Shown here: piece after piece, positions 52,879 through 64,000 of the stretch
Numbering within the stretch: position 1 is the stretch's first letter
How the letters are laid out: each line of letters begins with the position of its first letter
Assembly: GCA_028534125.1 (NCBI GenBank)
Contig: CM052817.1
Coordinates: 33,172,001-33,236,000 of the forward strand
DNA: 64,000 bases
Direction: 5' to 3'
Source of the DNA: Lama glama
Taxonomy: Eukaryota
The notes under the pieces: generated by a model
Seen by the model: the letters and a program-made list of their open reading frames with translations, nothing else
What the model was told of the DNA's origin: nothing
The model's database searches: none
Position numbers and translations under genes: made by a program

Positions 52879-55759
52879 CTAAAATGGACAAAGACAGTGT
52901 TTATTTAAGACACCCACCCAACCGACATTTCCAACCACTCTTCCTCTTGCCAAACTTTGGTTCCAGCCAAACTAAACTATTCATCGTTCGCCGTACATGT
53001 TTTCCATCTTCCTGCCTCTGTGCCAGCAGAAGTTTCTCTGCCTGGAATGTTTTCCATTCTAGGCCTGAGCCCAATTTTTCCCTTAAGGCCTGCATGAAAT
53101 GATCCCTTCCAATTACACTCTACCCTGATCCCTCTCCCCTGCTCTCTAAATATCCCATTTCCCATAAAGCTTTCTATTTCCCATGGCACCCTGCCTTCTG
53201 TGCTCATTCTTATTCATGCCCATTTCCTATACCCCCTATTTGACTCTAAGATCCTTGAGGACACAATATCTGGCTGTTCCGTAGTTCTATGCCCAGATCG
53301 CTACACGGGAAACTTCAGTCGGTTTATTGAGTGAGGAGGGATGAATGAACGAATGGTCAATTGGGGATGGATCACAGTTTGATCACTTACTCTTCAGGGG
53401 GCAAAACAGAACAAACCTGTTCTGCTCTCTCAGATCATTTTGAAGACTTCCTCCTGGAAGGCCCTGCTTTTCAAGCTTAAGGAATCACCAGTCCCCTCTA
53501 CCCGACCCTGCTGTCAGTAAAGGGAAATCCAACGGCCTGGCTCACAATGAAGCAAAGAGGCCCAGGTCCAGTTGGTGGCGTCAAGAGATTTGTCCCTAGT
53601 CTGCCTGAATCGCTGAATTCAGAGCCAAGAGGAGGTCCAGGGATGGAGGCTGGTGTTTTCCAACTTGACCTTTTCACTGAGGATTCTTCTTTCCCTGTGA
53701 AATCTCTCACAGGTCCCCCTGGGCCCCCACCTGGAAGAGCTTCTCTAGTTGTGTAGTTTGCTAGTGACCATCAAACCTTTATGTTACAAGTGAGGAGGTG
53801 TGAGCTTGGAGAGGGGAAGTGACAGGACCGGCTGTAGGTGGCAGTTCGGTGGCCCTGAGAGCCAGGTCAGATCCTGAGGCTCCTGATGACCTGCCCTCCT
53901 GTCACCTCCCTCAGATTCCCCCGGAGCCAGGGGTTCACAGCTGGCTACAGTCCCACAGGCGACTTGCTCCACAGACCTAAAAGCCAGCAGCACCAACTGG
54001 CACCGTTCTCCACCTCGATTCGAATAGCAGCACACAGAGGGGCACCTGTCAATGCCGGCCACACTACACCCGGTGTGGTGGGAGCTGCAGCTCCTCCCCA
54101 GTTGCTCAGAGCTTGAGTTTGGATGCCGAGGGCAGAGATGCTTTTGTCTCCTGTAGCTGATGACAGCTGCCTCCGCCCTAAGACCCTCCCTTAATTATGT
54201 CATCTGGAAAGATCAAAACTGCAGGTCTGGTTCTACATAAAACATTCTTTGTGGTTGTTTTCAAAACCCATGACCTTAGTCCATTTTCCCTAATGAACTA
54301 TGAGTTCATTAACAAGTACTCAGCTCTCCAAGAACAATACAGAAAGGATGAAGATCATTTCTAAGTATTGTGGATCATGATAAACAAAGCAATTTAGCGA
54401 CCAGAGGAAGGCTGAGAGGTTGCAAATGTGGGTCTTTAACCCCCACTGGGATTTAATTTAATGTAAGCAATTGGGTTTTGCTGCACATCTGTGGGCAACA
54501 GTCTTATCTGTCAGTTCCTGGTGCTAACAGTACTTGGGTGATTGAGTTCAATTAATGTTTAAACTACGTTGATTACATTAAGTGGGCTCTACCCACAAGC
54601 ATTTGTTGGAACAGGTCTGGTGACAAGGGAATGGAAGTTCTTTAAAAAATCATTTTGAGCAAAGAAAGATTTGGAAAGAATTAGCAAAGCTGCTGATTTT
54701 CTCTCTCCTCCCCCTCCCTTTCTACTCATTCTCCCAACCGATTTACAAAAACCATGCTCCCAAATCTAAACCACTCAAGGACAGCTGAATTGACAGTCTG
54801 AAAGGTCATACCCGGTCACACTTGGAAATGATGTTAATTAGAGTCACACCAACGAAACCCTAGGGACCTTGAAGAGTTAAAGTCATTTTTAAACTGCCAA
54901 ACTGGTGCTGGTCTGGAAAGAAACAGCTGTTCAATATTGTGTCCTTACCTAAGGACTAAAAGATGTAATATTATCAGTTATGAAATGTTTATTATATGCT
55001 GGCCATTGAGCTAAGCAATTTGCATGCATTTTTTTGTTTGTTTAGTCCTCACAACAACCTTTTGAACTAGATTATTATTATTCCTGTTTTTTTCGATGAT
55101 GAAATACTAACTCTTAGAGAAGTCCAGTAACCCGGCCAAGACACACAGCTGATACAGTGAAGCCAGGCTCTTCACCGATATGAGAAGAATGGGTAAACCA
55201 TGCCATGAGAGTTCGCCAGACTAACCACAGGTTACTGGAGCAATGAGACCCTAGGGCCATTTTGAAAATTTGTTGCCTCAGAAATCCTGTGAAGACATCA
55301 CATTAACGTCTCACCCCATTGTGGAGTAATAGCTTCCTAGAGTGCCTGAGCAAATCTGTTTTCTCCCACTCGAAGCCCACTGCACAGAGAACATAGCTGC
55401 CATCTTTGTCTTCCTGAAGCATAGCTGTGATCCTGCTCCAACTCTATGCAAAAGCTTCCAGGTGTGCTCACTGTCCCAAGTCAAGACTCCTAAATGGGAT
55501 CCAGGGCCCTTCTAATCTGGCCTTAACCTCATCTCTCATTACTTTCCAACACACAGTCAAGATCCCAATGCCCATCCAGGTCCATAAACCACTCCTTAAA
55601 AATGGATTACACTGTCCCTCTTGGAAGTGGCGCTTCTCTCCCTATGGCTCCCATTGCTGTTGGTTTATATCTCATTCTTCATGGTATTTTATTTTCTTTC
55701 AGTCTTCAATAAACCCCTTGAAGCCAGGAACTGGATTTTGTAACCTATACAAAGTACAG

Positions 55760-55920
55760 AGCCTAAATATATAAACAGTTCATACAGCTCAATATCAAAA
55801 AAAACTTGATTAAACAATGGGCAGAAGACATGAACAGGCATTTTTCCAAAGAAGATATACAGATGGCCAACAGGCACATGAAAAGATGCTCAACATTGCT
55901 AATCATCTCACATATGTCAG
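55760..55920 (+). mobile_element. L1 ORF2 fragment running into the assembly gap
   Basis: [33 protein letters not shown]. Confidence 0.85.
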
Positions 55921-55924
55921 AGTG

Positions 55925-56424
55925 NNNNNNNNNNNNNNNNNNNNNNNNNNNNNNNNNNNNNNNNNNNNNNNNNNNNNNNNNNNNNNNNNNNNNNNNNNNN
56001 NNNNNNNNNNNNNNNNNNNNNNNNNNNNNNNNNNNNNNNNNNNNNNNNNNNNNNNNNNNNNNNNNNNNNNNNNNNNNNNNNNNNNNNNNNNNNNNNNNNN
56101 NNNNNNNNNNNNNNNNNNNNNNNNNNNNNNNNNNNNNNNNNNNNNNNNNNNNNNNNNNNNNNNNNNNNNNNNNNNNNNNNNNNNNNNNNNNNNNNNNNNN
56201 NNNNNNNNNNNNNNNNNNNNNNNNNNNNNNNNNNNNNNNNNNNNNNNNNNNNNNNNNNNNNNNNNNNNNNNNNNNNNNNNNNNNNNNNNNNNNNNNNNNN
56301 NNNNNNNNNNNNNNNNNNNNNNNNNNNNNNNNNNNNNNNNNNNNNNNNNNNNNNNNNNNNNNNNNNNNNNNNNNNNNNNNNNNNNNNNNNNNNNNNNNNN
56401 NNNNNNNNNNNNNNNNNNNNNNNN
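55925..56424. other. Assembly gap (500 N)
   Basis: N run. Confidence 0.99.
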
Positions 56425-57369
56425 CTACACAGTCAATGAGCCAGCTAATTCCCAGGTTCACCATACAATTAGCTATTTTTCTAACTCAAGGGTTTTTAAA
56501 TTATCCACTGTTAACTACCTTTCTTCTATTTTAGGAATTTACCCCCCTAACTGTGTTCTCCTAGTTTGGTGTAGTACTCACTCTCTGCTGGCTTCAAAAT
56601 CCTTGAGGAGGGTCTGCAAGATTCCCCAACCCAGTTTCCACTGCCCTGGGGCTGGCTCCAATGTTGTAAAGGTTCTCAGCCTGGGGGCATTCCCTGGCTC
56701 TGTCTTGCAGGCACGCTCCAGTCCCCTTTCAAACTCTTCATTGTGCCTTGGAAATGCTTTGGCTCCTCTATACACATCTTCTGTACACATTCCTCTGCCC
56801 TGTCCCCATCACTCAGCCAAGGCTGCATCCTGACTCCTCACTGGGTCAGCGGGACCACAGCAGAGGGTGTAGGGTGCAGCAGGGAGCCTCAGCAGGGGAA
56901 GGGGCACCAGGGCTGTCAGCTAGAGGACTCTGAAAACAAAGACCTTGTGATAGCTACCCCCTTACCGATATTCCTCAATAAGCCAAGGAACGAGCAGAGA
57001 GATTCTAGTCCTGTGACACGGGTAAAATGCCACCAGCAATTAGGTGATGTTTATGGTCTAATACAGTTTACTCCCCCCTCACCCAGATTACTTTTGAGCG
57101 TATTACATGCTAGTTCCTGTGAACGCAGTTTTATGCTTTCTAAGTTTACCTAAACTTAGCACCCACGTTCAATTGTCCTTCCAATCTGTCTTCTAAAATG
57201 CCTTACAGCAACACAACTGTTCTGGCCTAACCGTCTGTGTCTGACTTCCCTCATGTCCATGTTTTCCCTTTGAGAATGACTCTCCCACTCGAAGGGACTT
57301 CAATCCATCCATCACGCAGGCTGACCCAGGGATGATATCCACAACATAAAATTAAAAAGCAAGTGTGAA

Positions 57370-60300
57370 GTTCCAGAAGATCCTGAGCTCACTTCCTCCC
57401 ACAGACACACTGAATCTATAGCTATAATTTGGAACAATTTCCTATGGAAAAAAGAACCCCCGAGAACTAGCTGAGCGACCTCTGTGCACTGGGCAAGGGA
57501 GAGGGAAACCATGTTGATACAGGAGAGGCCGAGACACAATCTCACCATAAGCCCCACCCCAGCACAGCGACCCACAACCAGGAAGGAACGCAAAACCTGA
57601 AACTTCTCCCTGAAAGCCCCACATCAGGTGCCTCATATTTTAAGACCTGTGCCTGAAAGATGAGCCCCAAACACTGAGCTTTGGAAAAAGCAGGGCACAC
57701 GTGCACAAGACCCACAAAGCAGCAGCAAACCGAGAAATGGCAGTAAAGGGCTCTCGTACCCGGAATCACCCACCCCAGGGCACAGCACAGAAGCAGCCAT
57801 TTGAAAAGTATCCAGACTTGATGTGAAAGATACTCATTTGCTAATCTTAGAGTGTCAGCCTGAGGGGGTAGGGGTTTCCTGAGTTACCCTCCAGAGACGG
57901 GGGTCCTTGCTGAAGCCCGCGGGCGCCATCGTCCGCTGGTGAGTGCCATCTTTACGCCCCGCTTTGCCGCACTGCTGATGGCCGGCATCACCGGCAGGGG
58001 AGCTTCTTCACATACCTCTGGTGCCTGGGTTTTGGCAGTTGCTGCCCAGGGGACCTCCCTTGATTGGCTGGCTCTGAAGGCCAGGAGAGTCTGCCTTCTG
58101 TGTCCCGTGGGATTGTAACAATCGGAGAGGCAGCTCTTGGCAGATGACTACCCCAAGGCACTGCCCAGACCTAAACCGTTTTTCTGAGAAAGAAGCCTAT
58201 GTGCTTGCCCAGGAGCTTCGGCTGAGTGGCAGGCCTCTGGCCCAGCACGCTTCTAGGGCCCCACAGAGGCGCGCTCGGGGAATGGAGGCACGTGGTGCCA
58301 ACTGGTGTCTGCCGGCGCCCCGCGACCCCCATTCCCGAGCTCTCAGATATCCGCCTGCAAACTCTCCCAAAACCCACAAAGTACACCCTTTTCCTTGGCA
58401 TGCGCCTGCCCTTGCAGAACTAACCGCCCGAAGAAATGGCTAATCCCACAGTGGCCCAGGCGGACAGGCCTCACTGCACCTCCTGCCCTTATCAGTCATA
58501 AATCCTGTCACTCAGAATAATCCTGACAAATCTCACCTCACTTGTGAGCAGTCACGTCCGTGTACGTGAGCTGATCCCACAGCCCCCTAGCCCTTGTGCA
58601 CACAACCCCTTCCCCAGTAAGAGAGCCTGCGTGCTCACCCTCGGGGCTCACCCAGGCACCTCTTGTCTGTGTGGCCTGCTGCTGTGTATGACAGTGCACC
58701 TAATAAACTCCTTTCCTATTTTCATCCTTTGTCTTTGGTAAATTCTTTTACCGTCTGTGACACTGGCCCGCTGTGTTCCCCTACAGACCAGAGGATGCCA
58801 TCTTTGCATTCCCCACCTGCCTTGCTCCAGCTCACCAATATCTCCCAGGCAGGAGCCCATGCCCCGGTCTGGAACCTGGATTTTTGTGGCTGCTGCCAGA
58901 GGACATCTCAACGTCACATGGTTCTTGAACAGCTCCCACCTGCAGGGCACAGCAAGGGACAGACCCAGGAGCTCCTTCTTTCCCTGTGGGAAGCCTGTTG
59001 GTTGGCTTATCTGCAGCCTGAGGGGCAGGCGGCTAATTCAGCACACATCCCAGGGCTGACTGTAATCCCTTCCCGAGCCCTGGGAGAATGGGCAGTATCT
59101 TCACGCTCTCCCTCGGCGGCCGTGCTCCAGAGCACTGGGAGGGAGCTCTCACATGCTTGGCACCTCAGTTTTTACGTATTGTGCCCTGGTTTTTGTGGCC
59201 GCCACTCACGTAATATCCCTTGATGGCTTCGCTCTAGTAGCTAGAAGGGCTGGCAGTCCTGGGTCCCACGGGAGTGTGACAATCAGGGCCAGGTCTTGGC
59301 AGCCTACCCCCACCCCCGGGGGGCCACTGCACAAACAGCAGACTGAAACCCCCCCCCCCCCCCGCCTTTCTGTGAAAGAGGCCTATTTGCTAGTCTTGGA
59401 GCTTTGGCCTGAGGGGCAGACTTTAGGTTTGGTGCACACCTAGGAGCCTATGGAGATGCCCTTAGGGCACACAGATGGGGTGCCACCTTTGTGTTCCCCT
59501 TCTACCTGACAATTCATCGGTGGCTCCCAGAAAGGAGCTTATACACTTATCTGGAGTCTCACTTTTTTGCAGCTGCACACAGGGTCCCCTCCAGATCACC
59601 TGGCTCTGGTGGTCAGCAGGGCTTATGCCTGTAGTCCCACAGGACTGTATATATTTGCATCCTTTAATGGCTGCTGCCTGAGGGTCTGGCTTCCACTCAG
59701 CCTGATTCTACGTGCTGACTAAGATCCTTCTCTTTGAAACACTGACAGGTCTTGGCATACCCTCAACTGGGAGCTATTAAAAATAAGACGGGCTGCTTGG
59801 ACAATCACAAAGGTTTGGGAGACAACCAAGAGCAGAGTTGAATGAGGAGGTTCATCTCCTGCAGGAGGCCATTCCTTCACGACTGGGAGGGGTGGCTGCA
59901 GCATCTCATCTTTGAAACCAGAACAGAGTCAAGCAAAAGGAAGAAACAGAGGAATATTTTTCCAAATGAAAGATAGTATAAAACCTCAGAAAAACCCTTA
60001 ATGAAATGGAGATAATTTACCTGATAAAGAGTTCAAAGTAATGGTCTTAAAGATGCTCACTGAACTTGGGAAATGAATGGATGAACACAGTGAGAATTTC
60101 AATAAAGAGACAGAAAATAAAAGTACCAAAGTCACGGATCTAAAGAATATAATAACTGGGGGAAAAAACCCCACTAGAGGGATTCAATGTAGACTAGATG
60201 AAACAAAAGGAAGAATCAGTGAACCCAAAGACAGGGCAGTGGAGCCCACCCAATCAGAACAGCAAAAAGGAAAAAGGATGAAAAAAAGTGAAGATAACTT

Positions 60301-62290
60301 AGGGAGATAGTCTAATGTTGTCCCATTAGTCCCCAAGCTAACATTTTCATTGTAGGGGTCCCACAAGGAGAAGAGAGAGAAAGAGGCAGAAACTTATTTG
60401 AATAAATAATGACTGAAAACTTCCCTAACCTGGGGAAAGAAACAGACATGCAGATTCAGGAAGCCCAGAGAGCTCCAAATAAGAACCACAGAGACTTACA
60501 CCAAGCCTCCTTATAATTAAAATGCCAGAAGTTAAAGATGAGGAGGGAATCTTAAAAGCAGCAAGAGAAAAACAACTTGTTACATGTAAGGAAACCTTTG
60601 TTACATACAAGGAAGCCCTTGCTGGGAATATCAGGAGACTTTTCAGCAGAAATTTTGCTGGCCAGAGGGAGTGGCACAATATATCAAAGTGCTAAAAGAA
60701 AAAAATTCCAAGAGTACTCTACCCAGCAAAGTTATCATTCAGAATTGAGAAAGTGATGAGGAGTTTTCCAGACAAGCAAAAGCTAAAGGAATTCATCACG
60801 ACTACACTGACCTTATAGAAAATGTTAAAGGGACTTCTTTAACTTCAAAAGAAGATGTGCTAATTAGTAACAAGGAACATATGAAAGCATACATCTCACT
60901 TGTAAAGGTGCATATATATAGTACAGGTAGTGGATTAATCACTTATAAAGCTAGTATAAAGGTTAACACAAAAAAGTAGTAAAAATAATAACCACGATTA
61001 TTAGCTATGGAATGCACAAGATAAAAAGATGTAAAATGTGAGGGAGGGGTAGAGTAAAATGGAAAGCTTTAGAAGGTGTTCACACTTGAGTGGTTATCAA
61101 CTGAAAATAGTCTGTTATAAATATAAGTTGTTATGTCAGTCTCATAGTAACCACAAAGTGAAATCTCTACCTATGGTAGCTACTGAAAAGGTAATGAGAA
61201 AGGAATGTAAGCATAACACTAAAGAAAGTGATCAAACCACAAAAGAAGAGAGTAAAGAACATAATGAGAGTAAGTACAAAACAGCTAGAAAACAATTAAA
61301 CTGGCAATAATAAGTACATACCTATCAATAATTACTGTAAATGTAAAGGGATTAAATGCTCCAATCAAAAGAAGGTTGAATGGATTAAAAAAAACAAGAC
61401 CCATCTATATGTTTCTTACATGAAACCCACTTCACATATAAGGACACACAGAGACCGGAAGTCAAGGATTAGGAAAAAATACTCCATGCAGATGGAAACC
61501 AATGAAAGCTGGGGTAATTATATTTATAAAGGAAGACAAAATATACTTGAAACACAGATTGTAATAAGTGACAAAAAGGGTATTATATAAAGTAGTCAAT
61601 CCAACAAGTGGATGTAATATTTGTAAATATCTATGCACCCAAAATAGGAGCACCTAAATATGCAGAGCAAATGTTAACAGAGCTAAAGGGAGACATAGAC
61701 AGCGATGCAATACACAGTAGGGGACTTCAGTACCCACTTACATCAGTGGGTAACTCATCCAGATAGAAAATTAATAAGGAAACATGGGCTTTGAATGCCA
61801 TGTTAGACCAGATGGGCTTAGATATACACAGAACGTTCCATCTGAAAACAACAGAATACACATTCTTCTCAAGTGCACATGAAATCTTCCCCGGGATAAA
61901 TCATGTTAGGCCAATAACCAAGTCTTTGTAAATTTACGAAGCTTGGAATCGTATTAACCATCTTTTCTCACCACAATGTTATGAAGCTAGAAATCTATTA
62001 TGTGAAGAAAACTGGATAATTCAAAAGTCTGTGGAGGTTAAACAATGTGCTCCTGAACAACCACTGGATCAAAGAAATCAAAAGAGAAAAAAATACCCTG
62101 AGACAAATGAAAATGGAAGTACAACGTACCAAAACTCATGTACTGCAGCAGAGGTAGTTCTAAGAGGGACGTTCACAGCAATAAACGTCTACCCTCAAAA
62201 AACAAAATCTCAAATAAAAAGCTCTCTCCTCAAGGAACAAGAAGAAAGAAGAAATGAAGCCTAAAGTTAGTAGAAGGAAGTAACAAAGGT
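57370..62290 (+). mobile_element. Old L1 with long 5'UTR, decayed ORF1 (about 59930-60850) and ORF2 endonuclease region (about 61320-62290); 3' part absent
   Basis: ORF1-like MDEHSENFNKETE and ILKAAREK; ORF2 start ctatcaataattactgtaaatgtaaagggattaaatgctccaatcaaaag; many stops and frameshifts. Confidence 0.85.
58306..58762 (+). mobile_element. Solo LTR (ERV1-like) nested in the L1 5'UTR
   Basis: TG...CA ends, 4-bp TSD ctgg (58302-58305, 58763-58766), AATAAA at 58702; 457 bp. Confidence 0.7.
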
Positions 62291-62519
62291 TCTAGAGGGT
62301 CCACGTAATCGGGCAGGTGGAAGCCCAGCCTCTCCTCCTTCCTTGTTTCTTCTTCTCTTTCTCCCTCAGTCTCCCGCCAAGATCCTGGCATGAAATGCCT
62401 TGCCTCCCTGGCAGGCCCCCGAGGGACCTCTTGCCCATGTGCTTATTTTATCTCTCTCTTTCTCTTTCTCTGTTGCTTTCTTTTTCTTTTTTTGCCCACA
62501 AACATGCATATACCTACAC

Positions 62520-62912
62520 TGTGTGGACTGACTTGTGTCCCCTAAAGTTCAAGTTAAAGTCCTAACCCCCACCCCGTACCACTCTTTGGAGATAGGCTCT
62601 TTAAAGAGCTAATTGCAGTTAATTGTGGTCATCAGAATGAGCTCTCACCTGACTGGTGTCTTTAGGGAAAATGAGGACACAGAAAGGAAGAAAGGGAGGG
62701 CCACGGGAAGCCACAGGGAGGAGATGGCCGTCCGCACGCCAAGGAGGGAGGCCTAGAACAGACCCTTCCCTCAGGGCCCTCAGAAGAAACCAAGTCCGCT
62801 GACACCTTCATCCCAGTCTCCTCCCCTCTAAAACCATAAGCAGCCAAATTTCTGCCGGTTCAGCCCCCAGGCCTGTGACACTTTGTCATGGTAGCCCAAG
62901 CAAAAAAATACA
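62520..62912. mobile_element. MLT1-type solo LTR
   Basis: tgtgtcccctaaagttc...gccaagga..gaggcctagaacagacccttccctca...ttgtcatggtagcccaagcaaaaaaataca. Confidence 0.75.
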
Positions 62913-64000
62913 CACTACGTGTACCTTTAGCCTTCTCTTCTTTCTAGAATGTTGAGCTCAGTTGGCATTGGTTGAGAATTTTTCTCTGCCTTTCTCTAGC
63001 GAGAAAGCACTGTGAACAAGAGGTAGGGAAAGGACACTTTATGGACAACAAAATTCTGTGATTTGCAGAAAACTGGGTCAGAAATTAAGATATGCCACCT
63101 GTCCCTTTTTTGCACCAGCTTGCCGTGTTCTCTTAAGCAAACCACTTAATTTTCCAGGGTCTCAGTCTTCTCATCAGTCATGTGAGGGCTGGAATTGGAT
63201 CCTCTCTATTGCCCCCAATAATCCGAACATTCTATGGCTCAGCCTGGCTCAGACACGAGTCTGTCTCATATTCGACACCCACAGCTTCCTGGATGAGGCA
63301 CACAGAAACAGACAGTGGTTAGGACAATATTTAGTTTGCAAAATGTTTTTAGTATAAATTATTTTAGCTTGAAGCTGGTTGTTTGGTTTTGCCTGCTCTG
63401 ATGCTTCCCCGCCATGTAAACGTATAAGCTTGGGGAGAACGTAAAGGGAGGTGAATGAACTTGCGATCATTGTATAAACTGTGAACGAGGATTAAACGTG
63501 AGACTGAAATGCCCTCGTTCGTGATATGTTTGAACCAAGCTGCTGGTGAACCACGATTTCTGCACTTCATTTTTCTTGACATTGGACCAGAGTAAATGCT
63601 CGGACTTCTAAGAGGGATCTGAGGGCAAGTCCTTCCAGATGCGGGTGGTGTTTTTTGTCCTGTCACATCATCACCCTGGTGATGTGTTTATTTCTGTCTC
63701 TTTAGGGATGTTCAGGAGACACAGTGTGGCCTATGTGAGGACTAGAAACCACTTTCTGCCTCAGTTGCTCTTTTTTGCTGGAAAGGAGTTAAAGACCTCT
63801 GGTGCTGCTATAAGAAATATCCCAGCCATGAGTCGACACCCAAGCAACCTTGCCAGTCTTCCAATGAGAAACAAATTAAAGACAATATTATTTCTAAATA
63901 TAACTTCAGTAACTTAAGTGCTTCTGAAAGGGTGGACCAAGGACACAAATGCCATCAGTTTATTCAGTGTCCTCTTCAAGAAAGCACCTGTTGGCAGATA

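Noticed and set aside
53384..53400. Minus-strand donor (CCTGAAGA|gtaagt) resembling the end of the next upstream LNX1 exon
   Set aside because: Upstream translation does not match LNX1; the real exon probably lies beyond the window or in the gap
56576..56790. 70-aa minus ORF ending at a GTGAGT donor, a possible alternative LNX1 first exon
   Set aside because: Ends in phase 2 while the next exon needs phase 1; the compatible frame has a stop and no ATG
58144..59443. Many overlapping GC-rich ORFs
   Set aside because: They lie in the L1 5'UTR and LTR and show no protein similarity I recognise
1..64000. CRISPR array, operon or other novel multi-gene system
   Set aside because: Intron-rich mammalian locus with no repeat-spacer array; all convincing coding signal is explained by FIP1L1, LNX1, the CDK1 retrocopy and L1

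Overview
Mammalian genomic DNA, very probably camelid (tRNA-derived vic-1-like SINEs). It holds two convergent genes: the 3' half of FIP1L1 on + (8 coding exons, 455-32186, all GT-AG and phase-consistent) and the 3' part of LNX1 on - (5 visible PDZ-coding exons, 52878 down to 33636). Two expected LNX1 exons are not visible and most likely sit in the 500-N gap at 35145-35644. The introns contain a full-length decayed CDK1 processed pseudogene with a TSD, a 3'-truncated tRNA-Met retrocopy, a ~5 kb 5'-intact L1 with a nested solo LTR, and many old repeats. There are three N gaps, one with a false duplication. I found no convincing evidence of a new biological system. The best second-look candidates are FIP1L1 RNA-processing features (intronic stop/polyadenylation, a 27-nt microexon with an AG|GT start), a near-perfect intronic hairpin, and the retrocopies. 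Gene and repeat-family identities come from recalled sequences, not a database search.
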